DNA of 64,000 bases. Source: a bacterium. GTDB taxonomy: Bacteria; Patescibacteriota; Microgenomatia; UBA1406; GWC2-37-13. A model generated the notes under the pieces. It was not told the origin of the DNA, made no database searches, and saw only the letters and a program-made list of their open reading frames with translations. The translations under genes were made by a program, and so were the position numbers. The stretch spans positions 32,540 to 96,539 of the forward strand of contig JAUSJK010000048.1 of NCBI GenBank assembly GCA_030647255.1, written 5' to 3'. Every line of letters starts with the position of its first letter. Position 1 is the stretch's first letter. Shown piece by piece: positions 37,531-46,591 of the stretch.

Positions 37531-38111
37531 ATGACAGATGACAAAACTGATAAGATCGAGTCGCTAGAGTCCAAAAAGCTTGCTTTGCATTACATACAAA
37601 CACTCGTGGACATAGCTAGAGAGTCTTTTTTGCTTCTTAATGCCGACCTTAAGGTGATTTCAGCGAATCCGATTTTTTACGCGATACTTTTAAAGTTTCG
37701 TCAGCGGAAACAGTGGATAAATTTATTTATGATCTGGGAAATGGTCAATGGGATATCCTCGAACTGAGGGACTTACTGGAAAAAATCTTGCCGGAGAAAA
37801 AAATTGTCAGAAATTATGAAGTTAAACATGACTTCCAAACAATTGGGAAGAAGACGATGTTACTTAATGCCGGTCAGATAGATTCGGTGCAACTTATTAT
37901 CATAGCTCTGGAAGATATTTCGGAAAGAAAGGGTCTTGAGGAAAAACTGGCCAAATATACCAAAGAGCTTGAGGGCAAAGTAGTCGCGCGGACAGGACAG
38001 CTTACTGATAAAAATGAAGAGTTGGAGAAAATGAATAGATTTATGGTCGGCCGGGAATTAAAAATGGTGGAACAAAAAAAAGAAATTGCAGATCTTAAAA
38101 AAGCTGGGTAA
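37531..38111 (+). pseudogene. PAS-domain / coiled-coil signalling protein split by a frameshift near 37675-37685
   Basis: Frame 1 ends ...LKVISANPIFYA. Another frame continues (R)DTFKVSSAETVDKFIYDLGNGQWDILELRD...IIIALEDISERK (PAS S-box) and then a coiled coil MVGRELKMVEQKKEI. A T6 run lies at the junction. Confidence 0.6.
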
Positions 38112-38211
38112 TACCAGTTCGTTAGGCATTATACACAATTGGTCACTTCATACACTAGGTAATTGAATTCTACTTTCTGATTAGGGTGAGCCATTCTTCA
38201 ACCGTTACTCT

Positions 38212-39186
38212 CTATACGATTACTTTTTTCAGTTCTTCGATAGTGAGACGTTTTTCAGACTGTAGTGTACGTATTTGTTTTACCCGATGAATCATATCTT
38301 GATGATAGAGTTGATATCCTCCTGGAGAATACTTTTTTACTCGCAATAAACCTTCATTTGTCCAGAACCGAATTGTCGGAACAGTCTCTTCGGTCATTTT
38401 GGCCAATTCTCCAATTTTAAGCAGTGCATCTGACTTCTCGATTATTTCTTTCGGTTCGAGTGACTCGAGATAGATTAACACCGATCTTTCGACAGCCAAG
38501 AACATGAGAGGAATGTAATCTGAAAGATCGCCGGATAGTTGTCCCTTTTCAATACTATTAATATAGACTTTCCTATCTTCTTTGCGGATTATTGCGGGTG
38601 GATAGCCTGCCTGCATAAGGATCAAGTTCATAAGTAAGCGCGCTGTTCTTCCGTTTCCGTCGGTAAAGGGATGAATGCTCACAAATGTATAGTGAGCGCG
38701 TAATGCCACATCTATGATATCGTTATTGGTGTTATGAAGCCAATCGATCAATTCCTTCATCAAGTCAGGCACTTTCAGGGCATTGGGCATAACTACGGAA
38801 GAGCCGGCAATGCGGACGGGCACATTCCTATATCGTCCTGCATTTGTCGTGTCAATATCTCGCAAGATGAGAGAGTGAATATCTCTGATAGTACGCTCTG
38901 TAATATTCTTTTTCGTCTTATTTTTGAGAGACATAATATAGTCCCAGGCTTTTGCGTGATTGATAGCTTCGAGGTGTTCAACTATGGATTTTCCTTCTAC
39001 AGTGATGCCTTTTTCGACAACAAGCGCCGTCTCCTGCCGTGAGAGTGTATTACCCTCAATTGCATTAGACGTATAGGTGAGTTCCACCTTATACCATTCG
39101 TCCAGATTTTTTATAATCTCTTTAGGAAATGGCCGGTGAGCGTCGAGCCGTTTTTTTAATTCATGGAGCCGAGACAGTGTTACCAT
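38212..39186 (-). CDS. Fic-domain protein (class II, self-inhibited) fused to a C-terminal MerR-type HTH
   Basis: Inhibitory motif TSNAIEGN ((S/T)xxxE(G/N)). Fic motif HPFTDGNGRTARLL. C-terminus LKIGELAKMTEETVPTIRFWTNEGLL...GGYQLY (MerR HTH). Confidence 0.8.
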   Translation of the reverse strand: MVTLSRLHELKKRLDAHRPFPKEIIKNLDEWYKVELTYTSNAIEGNTLSRQETALVVEKGITVEGKSIVEHLEAINHAKAWDYIMSLKNKTKKNITERTIRDIHSLILRDIDTTNAGRYRNVPVRIAGSSVVMPNALKVPDLMKELIDWLHNTNNDIIDVALRAHYTFVSIHPFTDGNGRTARLLMNLILMQAGYPPAIIRKEDRKVYINSIEKGQLSGDLSDYIPLMFLAVERSVLIYLESLEPKEIIEKSDALLKIGELAKMTEETVPTIRFWTNEGLLRVKKYSPGGYQLYHQDMIHRVKQIRTLQSEKRLTIEELKKVIV

Positions 39187-39252
39187 GGCTAAAGTATAAA
39201 GTAATACTTTATGGTTGTCAAGTGGTAATTCACATTCTTAAAATTAGCCTGC

Positions 39253-39404
39253 GTCAATTGAAAACCCCAGCCCTTTCCAGTAACCTATTGGTATTAAAAG
39301 AAAACCATTTTATCAATCATATGGAAACAACAAAAATTGCTTTATTCAAAGGAAGAAAAATACGAAAAACTCTCTATCAAGACGAATGGTGGTTTTCTGT
39401 AATA
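39253..39404 (+). repeat. direct repeat R1: duplicated upstream region plus first 28 codons of the Bro-N gene
   Basis: About 95% identical to 41898-42048, including ATGGAAACAACAAAAATTGCTTTATTCAAAGGAAG. Homology ends at ...TTCTGTAATA. Confidence 0.9.
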
Positions 39405-39460
39405 CAGTTGACGTCTCTCTTGCTAATATCAACAAAATAGCATATAATGTTGACATTACT

Positions 39461-40642
39461 ATGAACAATATCAACTCAGTACAAATAGGCAGGTATATCA
39501 AGCAAAAAGAAGGTTATGGAGCCTTCACGCCTTTTGATTTTCCTCCAAAAGATGGCTTAATGATGAGCCCAAAATTGTATAAAAAAAACGAGGAGGCAAT
39601 ACGATTAGTCGGTAAACTCGATGGCATCACGAGACTCTTGCCGGACAAGAACTTTTTCCTCAAGATGTTTATAAAAAAAGATGCCGCTTATTCTAGTCAG
39701 ATTGAAGGCACGAAGGCAACTTTACAAGACGCAGTAGCGGCGCCAGTTACCGAAGAAAAATCTCGGCTCCCCGCTGACGTTGACGACATTAATCATTATG
39801 TCAACGCGGTAAATTATGGCATCGAAAGAACCAAGACCTTGCCGATTTCTCTGAGACTCATAAGAGAAATACATGAGCGACTGATGACCGGTGCACGTTC
39901 GACACAGCATGCATACCCAGGCGAGTTTCGACATTCCCAGAATTGGATAGGAGGCAGGGCTCCTACAGATGCTTCTTTCGTACCTCCTGCCCCGCATGAT
40001 ATGTATAAATCATTAGATGATCTGGAAAAATTTATCCATGCAATAGATGACTATCCATCGTTGGTAAAAGTTGGATTGATCCATGCGCAGTTTGAAACTA
40101 TTCACCCGTTTACTGACGGTAATGGTCGAACAGGACGAATGTTGATAGTCATGTATATTCACCACGCCGGACTTTTAGAAATACCGGTATTGTACTTATC
40201 AAGCTATTTTAAAAAGTATCAAAAACTCTATTATCAAAAATTACAAAGTTATCATGATGCGAATGCCCAGGTTGATGCTTGGCTGGAGTTCTTTTTGGAA
40301 GGCGTAGCAGAAATTGCAGATGCTTCAATCGAAATTTGTACTAAGATAACTGCACTACGAGACTTAGATTTTGCCAAAATGCAAAAACTTGGCAAAAAAT
40401 CGGCTGAGTCCACTTTGGAAATAATCCGTAAACTATTTGGTCAGCCAATTGTCGGCGTTGCGGAGATAATGAAGTGGACGGGTTTTAGTCCACAGGGTGC
40501 ATATAATGTGATCAAGCGACTTGAGAATTTAAAAATCCTTGAACCTCTTGGTGATGCTGTTTATGGGCAGAAATATATTTACGCTGACTACTATGAAATA
40601 TTTGACGATGGATTTAGAGAAGCAAGGGCGAAGAAAAAATAA
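39461..40642 (+). CDS. Fic family protein (Fic_N + Fic + C-terminal wHTH architecture)
   Basis: SSQIEG inhibitory motif and HPFTDGNGRTGRML. The ATG at 39461 is used because the tracked longer ORF starts inside the repeat scar. Confidence 0.8.
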   Translation: MNNINSVQIGRYIKQKEGYGAFTPFDFPPKDGLMMSPKLYKKNEEAIRLVGKLDGITRLLPDKNFFLKMFIKKDAAYSSQIEGTKATLQDAVAAPVTEEKSRLPADVDDINHYVNAVNYGIERTKTLPISLRLIREIHERLMTGARSTQHAYPGEFRHSQNWIGGRAPTDASFVPPAPHDMYKSLDDLEKFIHAIDDYPSLVKVGLIHAQFETIHPFTDGNGRTGRMLIVMYIHHAGLLEIPVLYLSSYFKKYQKLYYQKLQSYHDANAQVDAWLEFFLEGVAEIADASIEICTKITALRDLDFAKMQKLGKKSAESTLEIIRKLFGQPIVGVAEIMKWTGFSPQGAYNVIKRLENLKILEPLGDAVYGQKYIYADYYEIFDDGFREARAKKK

Positions 40643-40727
40643 ACTATGGCAACTTTTCAAAATAGCTTTAAATTGCTATTACTCAGATGCGGTCTTTATT
40701 GGACAGCAGTAGTGTGAAGTGGAAAAG
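40628..40727 (+). repeat. direct repeat T1 (shared 3' module)
   Basis: GCGAAGAAAAAATAAACTATGGCAACTTTTCAAAATAGCTTTAAATTGCTAT... recurs at 41745-41838. It begins in the last codons (AKKK*) of the Fic gene. Confidence 0.85.
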
Positions 40728-40750
40728 TAACTAATGTATAAATCAAAAAT

Positions 40751-41749
40751 ATGAAAAACTTACAACTTCAATCACAAATAATTATCTATAAAACAGAAAC
40801 AGGCGAGACCAAAATTGACGTGCGGTTTGATGGAGACACGGTCTGGTTGAGTCAGGATGAAATGGCTCGACTCTTTGATAAAGGCCGTTCAACTATTGCA
40901 GAACATATTGTTAAAGTATTTAAGGAAAAAGAACTAGTAGAGGGATCAGTATGTCGGGAATTCCGACGTACTGGCGCTGACGGAAAAGAATATCAGGTAC
41001 AATACTACAATCTCGATGTTATTATCTCCGTTGGTTACCGAGTCAAATCACTCCGTGGTACTCAATTTCGCATTTGGGCAACCAAGCATCTGCGCGAATA
41101 TATCGTCAAAGGTTTTGTGATGGATGATGAACGACTGAAAAACCCCGATTTGCCATTTGATTATTTTGAAGAACTCACTCGTCGTATTGCGGACATTCGT
41201 ACTTCAGAAAAAAGATTTTATAGAAAAATTACTGATATTTATGCTACCAGTGTTGATTACGATCCTACAGACGAGAAGAGTATTCTCTTTTTCAAAACGG
41301 TCCAAAATAAAGTGCATTATGCAATTACCGGAAATACTGCGGCGGAGATAATTGCCAGTAGAGTAGATAGTAAAAAACCAAATGTAGGTCTCACAAACTT
41401 TAGGGGTAGCAAGCCAACAAAAGAAGAATTGGTGATCGCCAAAAATTATTTAAGTGAGCAGGAACTTCTCATTTTAAATAATCTTGTCGAGCAGTATCTC
41501 GTATTTGCCGAAGGACAGGCCATGCAGAGGGTGCCAATGTATATGAAGGACTGGATAGATAAACTCCACGCATTTTTACAGATTAACAATAAAAATATTT
41601 TGAAAGATGCAGGTAAAATTTCCCATGAGTTGGCGGTAGAAAAAGCGGAAAAGAATTTTGATGAATATAAAAAAAGCGAAGCAAAAAAATTGGACAATGA
41701 TTTTGATTCGGCAGCCTTGCGTGCGCTGAAAATAGCGAAGAAAAAATAA
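40751..41749 (+). CDS. RhuM-family protein
   Basis: IIYKTETGETKIDVRFDGDTVWLSQDEMARLFDKGRSTIAEHI...YNLDVIISVGYRVKS is the characteristic RhuM N-terminus. Confidence 0.8.
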   Translation: MKNLQLQSQIIIYKTETGETKIDVRFDGDTVWLSQDEMARLFDKGRSTIAEHIVKVFKEKELVEGSVCREFRRTGADGKEYQVQYYNLDVIISVGYRVKSLRGTQFRIWATKHLREYIVKGFVMDDERLKNPDLPFDYFEELTRRIADIRTSEKRFYRKITDIYATSVDYDPTDEKSILFFKTVQNKVHYAITGNTAAEIIASRVDSKKPNVGLTNFRGSKPTKEELVIAKNYLSEQELLILNNLVEQYLVFAEGQAMQRVPMYMKDWIDKLHAFLQINNKNILKDAGKISHELAVEKAEKNFDEYKKSEAKKLDNDFDSAALRALKIAKKK

Positions 41750-41838
41750 ACTATGGCAACTTTTCAAAATAGCTTTAAATTGCTATAGTTCAGATGCTGT
41801 CGTTATTGGATAGTAGCAGTTTAAGGAAATTGAAAAGC
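41745..41838 (+). repeat. direct repeat T2 (shared 3' module)
   Basis: Second copy of the T module. It begins in the last codons (AKKK*) of RhuM. Confidence 0.85.
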
Positions 41839-41897
41839 TGAAAAATTAATTTGATCTCCACTTACCTTACCTCCGATTCTATACTTTTTTAACCAGA

Positions 41898-42048
41898 GTC
41901 AATTGAAAACCCCAGCCCTTTCCAGTAACCTATTGGTATTAAAGAAAACCATTTTATCACTCATATGGAAACAACAAAAATTGCTTTATTCAAAGGAAGA
42001 AAAATCAGAAAAACTCTCTATCAAGATGCATGGTGGTTTTCTGTAATA
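41898..42048 (+). repeat. direct repeat R2 (intact copy, continuous with the Bro-N gene)
   Basis: See R1. A third partial copy, TTGAAAACCCCAGCCTTTTCTAGTAACCTATCGTATT, lies at 42810-42846. Confidence 0.9.
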
Positions 42049-42795
42049 GATGTAATTGAAGTCCTTACCGATAGTTTAAATTCCAACGATTACTGGTATA
42101 GAATGAAAATCCGTGTGAAGGATGAAGATAAAACTGAGTTATCGACAATTTGTCGACAACTGAAATTGGAATCTGCTGACGGAAAGAGATATGAAACCGA
42201 TTGTGCCGATACTGAAGGTATCTTTCGGATTATTCAATCTATTCCTTCTCCTAAGGCAGAGCCATTCAAACGCTGGCTTGCCAAAGTGGGTTATGAAAGA
42301 GTTCAGGAAATAGAAAATCCTGAACTAGCAACTAAACGCACGCGAACATTGTACAAACTTAAAGGTTATAGTGATGATTGGATAGAAAAACGAATGAGAG
42401 GCATCGCTATTCGAGAAGAACTCACTGACGAGTGGAAAAATCGTGGAGCCAGAGATGATAAAGATTATGAGATTTTGACAGCTGAAATTTCCAAGGCAAC
42501 TTTTGATGTGACTCCAAGTGAATATAAAAAAATTAAAGGCCTGAAGAGGGAAAACTTACGCGATCATATGGATGACTTTGAACTTATTTTTAACATGCTT
42601 AGTGAACGTGCCACAACCGAAATTCATCGTACTGAGGACTCAAAGGGTGTAACAAAACTCCGAAGCGATGCAAAAGCCGGAGGCGATATCGCAGGTGGGG
42701 CTAGAAAAAAGTTGGAAAAACGGCTTGGCCGTTCTGTAGTATCAGAGAAGAATTTTCTCAATAAGAAGGAAGATAACAAACAATTGAACAAATAA
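41965..42795 (+). CDS. Bro-N domain protein (prophage antirepressor-like)
   Basis: ALFKGRKIRKTLYQDAWWFSVIDVIEVLTDS...GIFRIIQSIPSPKAEPFKRWLAKVG has the Bro-N pattern. Confidence 0.75.
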   Translation: METTKIALFKGRKIRKTLYQDAWWFSVIDVIEVLTDSLNSNDYWYRMKIRVKDEDKTELSTICRQLKLESADGKRYETDCADTEGIFRIIQSIPSPKAEPFKRWLAKVGYERVQEIENPELATKRTRTLYKLKGYSDDWIEKRMRGIAIREELTDEWKNRGARDDKDYEILTAEISKATFDVTPSEYKKIKGLKRENLRDHMDDFELIFNMLSERATTEIHRTEDSKGVTKLRSDAKAGGDIAGGARKKLEKRLGRSVVSEKNFLNKKEDNKQLNK

Positions 42796-42809
42796 GTTTC
42801 ATGATAACT

Positions 42810-42846
42810 TTGAAAACCCCAGCCTTTTCTAGTAACCTATCGTATT
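42810..42846 (+). repeat. partial third copy (R3) of the R-repeat core
   Basis: Matches the TTGAAAACCCCAGCC..TAACCTAT.GTATT core of R1 and R2 with 3 mismatches. Confidence 0.75.
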
Positions 42847-43006
42847 CATTGGCAAGTTTAACTAGAAAAATTTCTTAGTAGTCTCCTGAAGCTGAAATGT
42901 CTATACTACTTATGAATACCTATGAAGCAAATCTATTGCAATTTATGAAATTAAAGACTATACTGCTCTGTATTGTAACAAAATAATAATACTTTAGATT
43001 AATACT

Positions 43007-44689
43007 ATGGATATCACTAAAATGACTTTTGGAAAAACATCTGAATATCTTACGATAGGCGAGGTTTCTAAGTTATTTCATATCCATCAAGATACTCTTA
43101 GGAACTGGGAGAAAAGTGGCGAATTAGTTCCTCTGCGAGTTGGCCCACGTAAGGATCGCAAATATCGTAAGCAAGACATAGAAACAATTATTGCCAAAAT
43201 GGGAAGTAAGCTCACGCTGGCTCAACTCGAACAGTTTCTATGGAAAAGTGCCGACATATTGCGAGGCAAAATTGACAGCTCTGACTATAAAAAATATATC
43301 TTCGGGTTACTTTTTTACAAAAGAATTAGTGACGTTTGGGATGAAGAATACAAAAAAGTCATTGATGAATATAAAGACAAGACACTCGCTGAAGCTGAAT
43401 ATAACCACAGATTCCAAGTGCCAAAAGACTGCAAATGGGAAGTTATTACCCAGACATCAGAGAACATCGGCCAGAAACTCAATGATATTTTTGACAAAAT
43501 TACAAACGTAAATAGTCCAAAGCTGGATAAGATTTTTAATGATCTGGATTTTGCCAATAAGGATAGATTCCCCAATGAAACCATTCAAAGACTAGTAAAT
43601 CACTTCTCTCAATATAACTTTGGCAGTAATTACATCAGTTCTGATCTCTTGGGTGACGCTTACGAGTATTTAATCAAGCAATTTGCTGCAGATGCAGGGA
43701 AAAAAGGCGGCGAATTCTACACTCCACGAGAAGTTGAGCGAATCATCATAGGAATTGTTAAGCCTCATCAAAAAGACCATGTTTACGACCCGACAGTAGG
43801 TTCAGGAGGATTTCTTCTTGAAGCATATAACTACCTTAAAAATAGGTCGAATGAGCAAGTTGCACGAACACTTTACTTTTATGGACAGGAAATCAATATC
43901 AGTACCTTTGCTATTGCCAAAATCAACATGTTTTTACATGGACTGGATAGTTCAGATATAAGGCGTGGTGACACCCTGGCAAATCCGCAGTTCCTCAATA
44001 ATATGGGAAATTTACAAACTTTTGACATCGTGGTCGCTAACCCTCCGTATTCCATAAAAGATTGGGAGTTTGAACTATTCAAAAGCGACAAATATGGTCG
44101 TACCCAAGAGTATGAACTCCCTCCACAGAAAAACGCTGACTATGCTTTTGTACTCCACATACTTAAGTCATTGAACGTAAATGGTCGTGCTGGCATTGTG
44201 TTGCCTCATGGAGTCCTATTTAGAGGCGGTAGCGAAGGCCGAATCCGAGAACAGATTATCAAAAATGATCTTTTGGAAGCGGTTATTGGGCTTCCACCTA
44301 AACTTTTTTATGGAACTGGTATTCCAGCAGCAATTCTTATTTTCAATCGAAACAAAGCAGAAAACAAAAAAGGGAAAGTATTACTTATTGATGCGGAGCG
44401 TGATTTTCTTGAAGGAAAAAACCAAAATACTCTCAGAAAGCAGGATATAGACAAAATTATTAAGACTTACGATCAATATCAAGATGTCGAAAAGTACGCC
44501 AGAGTTGTTGATGTAAAAGAAATCGAAGAAAACGAATATAACCTCAATGTGAGGCGATACATTGATAGTAACGAAGAACAAGTTCAAATTGACGTAAAAC
44601 AAGTCTGGAAGGAACTACAAAATTTGGAAAAAGACAGAGAAGAAATCAACAAAAAAGTAGCAGATTTTATAAACGAGTTAGGATACTAG
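43007..44689 (+). CDS. hsdM: Type I R-M N6-adenine DNA methyltransferase subunit with an N-terminal MerR/excisionase-type HTH
   Basis: N-terminus LTIGEVSKLFHIHQDTLRNWEKSGELVPLRVGPRKDRKY (HTH). HsdM_N (LEQFLWKSADILRG). Motif I DPTVGSGGFL. Motif IV VANPPYS. Confidence 0.9.
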   Translation: MDITKMTFGKTSEYLTIGEVSKLFHIHQDTLRNWEKSGELVPLRVGPRKDRKYRKQDIETIIAKMGSKLTLAQLEQFLWKSADILRGKIDSSDYKKYIFGLLFYKRISDVWDEEYKKVIDEYKDKTLAEAEYNHRFQVPKDCKWEVITQTSENIGQKLNDIFDKITNVNSPKLDKIFNDLDFANKDRFPNETIQRLVNHFSQYNFGSNYISSDLLGDAYEYLIKQFAADAGKKGGEFYTPREVERIIIGIVKPHQKDHVYDPTVGSGGFLLEAYNYLKNRSNEQVARTLYFYGQEINISTFAIAKINMFLHGLDSSDIRRGDTLANPQFLNNMGNLQTFDIVVANPPYSIKDWEFELFKSDKYGRTQEYELPPQKNADYAFVLHILKSLNVNGRAGIVLPHGVLFRGGSEGRIREQIIKNDLLEAVIGLPPKLFYGTGIPAAILIFNRNKAENKKGKVLLIDAERDFLEGKNQNTLRKQDIDKIIKTYDQYQDVEKYARVVDVKEIEENEYNLNVRRYIDSNEEQVQIDVKQVWKELQNLEKDREEINKKVADFINELGY

Positions 44690-44690
44690 T

Positions 44691-45329
44691 ATGATATACA
44701 TCTTTCTGGACGAAAGCGGAGATCTTGGATTTAATCCATCAAAAAAGAATTCAAAATATTTCGTTATAACCGTTTTGGCAACAGAGGATAAGCGAAAGGT
44801 TGAAAAAGTAATAAAGAAAATTCATAGTTCTTTACGAAAAAAAACCAAGAAACTTTCCGGTGGCATACTTCACTGTTACAAAGAAAAACCTGCAACGAGG
44901 CATAAACTTCTCCAGAAACTTTCAGGTTTAAATATTCATATAATGACGATATATCTACATAAGGTAAAAGTATTCACGCATTTGCAAGACGAAAAGCATG
45001 TGTTATATAACTACGTTACAAATATTCTTCTGGACAGAATCATGTCGAAGAAACTGATCAATGTCGTAGCCAATGTTCACTTAATCGCGGCTAAGAGAGA
45101 AACTAATAAATTTTTAAATGATAATTTCTCCAACTATCTTAAGACCCAAGCTCGCGATAATCACAAAATACGGTTAGATATTGTGATCAGAACTCCATCA
45201 GAGGAAAAAGGAATACAAGCTGTAGACTTTGTGAGCTGGTCAGTATTTCGTAAGTATGAGCACGGAGACGCAGAATATTACAAAGAAATTAAAAATAAAA
45301 TTGTAGAGGAGAACGGACTGTTTAAATAG
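44691..45329 (+). CDS. DUF3800-family protein embedded in the Type I R-M operon
   Basis: The N-terminal IYIFLDESGDLGF is the DUF3800 hallmark. The ATG lies 1 nt after the hsdM stop. Confidence 0.65.
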   Translation: MIYIFLDESGDLGFNPSKKNSKYFVITVLATEDKRKVEKVIKKIHSSLRKKTKKLSGGILHCYKEKPATRHKLLQKLSGLNIHIMTIYLHKVKVFTHLQDEKHVLYNYVTNILLDRIMSKKLINVVANVHLIAAKRETNKFLNDNFSNYLKTQARDNHKIRLDIVIRTPSEEKGIQAVDFVSWSVFRKYEHGDAEYYKEIKNKIVEENGLFK

Positions 45330-45441
45330 CACAAAACCCTAGTCGCTATTTATGAGGAACCATCCGGAACCCCACGGCTAGGGAATTACTTGTAAACCAA
45401 TTATATAACAAGCGGTTGATATAAGTCAATTAAAAAATCAT

Positions 45442-46590
45442 ATGAAAAATAAAAATAATTGGACAGCATCAACAATCGGAGAATTATTTGAAGTTACCAA
45501 TGGAAAAACGAATACTGATGAAGCAGTTCTAAATGGTAAATATCCGCTGTTTGATCGTTCAATAGAAATAAAATATAGCGATAAGTTTCTGTTCGATACG
45601 GAGGCGGTTATCTTGCCGGGTGAGGGAAAAGATTTTATTCCACGATATTATATTGGGAAATTCGACCTACATCAACGGGCTTATGCAATCTTTCCAAAGA
45701 GCAAAATAGACCTGAGTCTAAAATTCTTATATTACTGGATGCTTTATAAAAGTCAGTACTTAACTAAAATGGCAGTTGGCTCAACAGTAAAGTCACTCAG
45801 ACTTTATATGTTAAAGAATTTTCCATTAGAGTTTCCCGATCATAAATCACAGGAGAAAATTACTAATTTCTTTGAATTGATTGACAAGAAACTCGCTAAG
45901 GCAGATCAGATTATTCAAAAGACTGAAACTTTGAAGCAGGGCTTAATGCTAGAATTACTCACGAAAGGACTCGGTCATAAAAAGTTTAAGAAAACAAAAA
46001 TTGGAGAAATTCCTGATGAATGGGAAGTAATGAGTGTGGGACAAATTTGTGATTGTATTGTTCCAGGGAGAAATAAACCTAAAATTTTTAATGGAGACAT
46101 TCCATGGATTACGATACCCAACATACAGGATTCAAGGATTCAATACAATGAAGCTACAAAATATGTTTCAAGACAAGAACTCAAAAATTGTGGAAATAAA
46201 ATAATACCAGCAAATTCAGTAATCATGTCATGTGTTGGTGATTTTGGTATCGTAGCTGTAACTGATAGGGAAATCGCCATTAATCAGCAATTACATGCTT
46301 TCTTGCCTTCAAGTAAATTAGATCAGAACTTTCTTAAATTTTCATTGATATTGCAAAAAGATTTCATGGAAAATTTGGCAACTAAAACTTCTGTACCTTA
46401 TCTGAATAAGACTAGCTGTAATTCTATTCCTATTGCTAAACCTTCTCTTGAGGAACAACGAAAAATAGGAACTATTTTGTTCTCCATAGATCATAAAATA
46501 TTAATTGAGAAAATGAATAAAGAAAAACTACAAATTCTTAAAAAAGGCCTCATGCAAGATATTTTTAGTCAGAAAGTTAAAATAAATTAA
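45442..46590 (+). CDS. hsdS: Type I R-M specificity subunit
   Basis: Two target-recognition halves are separated by the conserved helices TETLKQGLMLELLTKG and LQILKKGLMQDIFS. Confidence 0.85.
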   Translation: MKNKNNWTASTIGELFEVTNGKTNTDEAVLNGKYPLFDRSIEIKYSDKFLFDTEAVILPGEGKDFIPRYYIGKFDLHQRAYAIFPKSKIDLSLKFLYYWMLYKSQYLTKMAVGSTVKSLRLYMLKNFPLEFPDHKSQEKITNFFELIDKKLAKADQIIQKTETLKQGLMLELLTKGLGHKKFKKTKIGEIPDEWEVMSVGQICDCIVPGRNKPKIFNGDIPWITIPNIQDSRIQYNEATKYVSRQELKNCGNKIIPANSVIMSCVGDFGIVAVTDREIAINQQLHAFLPSSKLDQNFLKFSLILQKDFMENLATKTSVPYLNKTSCNSIPIAKPSLEEQRKIGTILFSIDHKILIEKMNKEKLQILKKGLMQDIFSQKVKIN

Positions 46591-46591
46591 T

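Noticed and set aside
39129-39440. 103-aa tracked ORF containing METTKIALFKGRKIRKTLYQDEWWFSVI.
   Set aside because: It is a chimera that starts antisense to the Fic-MerR 5' end, runs through the duplicated Bro-N stump (R1) and then into unrelated sequence. It is a recombination scar, not a gene.
45442-46590. Phase-variable hsdS (shufflon with inverted hsdS fragments).
   Set aside because: There is no second hsdS copy or fragment, no inverted repeats within hsdS that I could see, and no adjacent recombinase.
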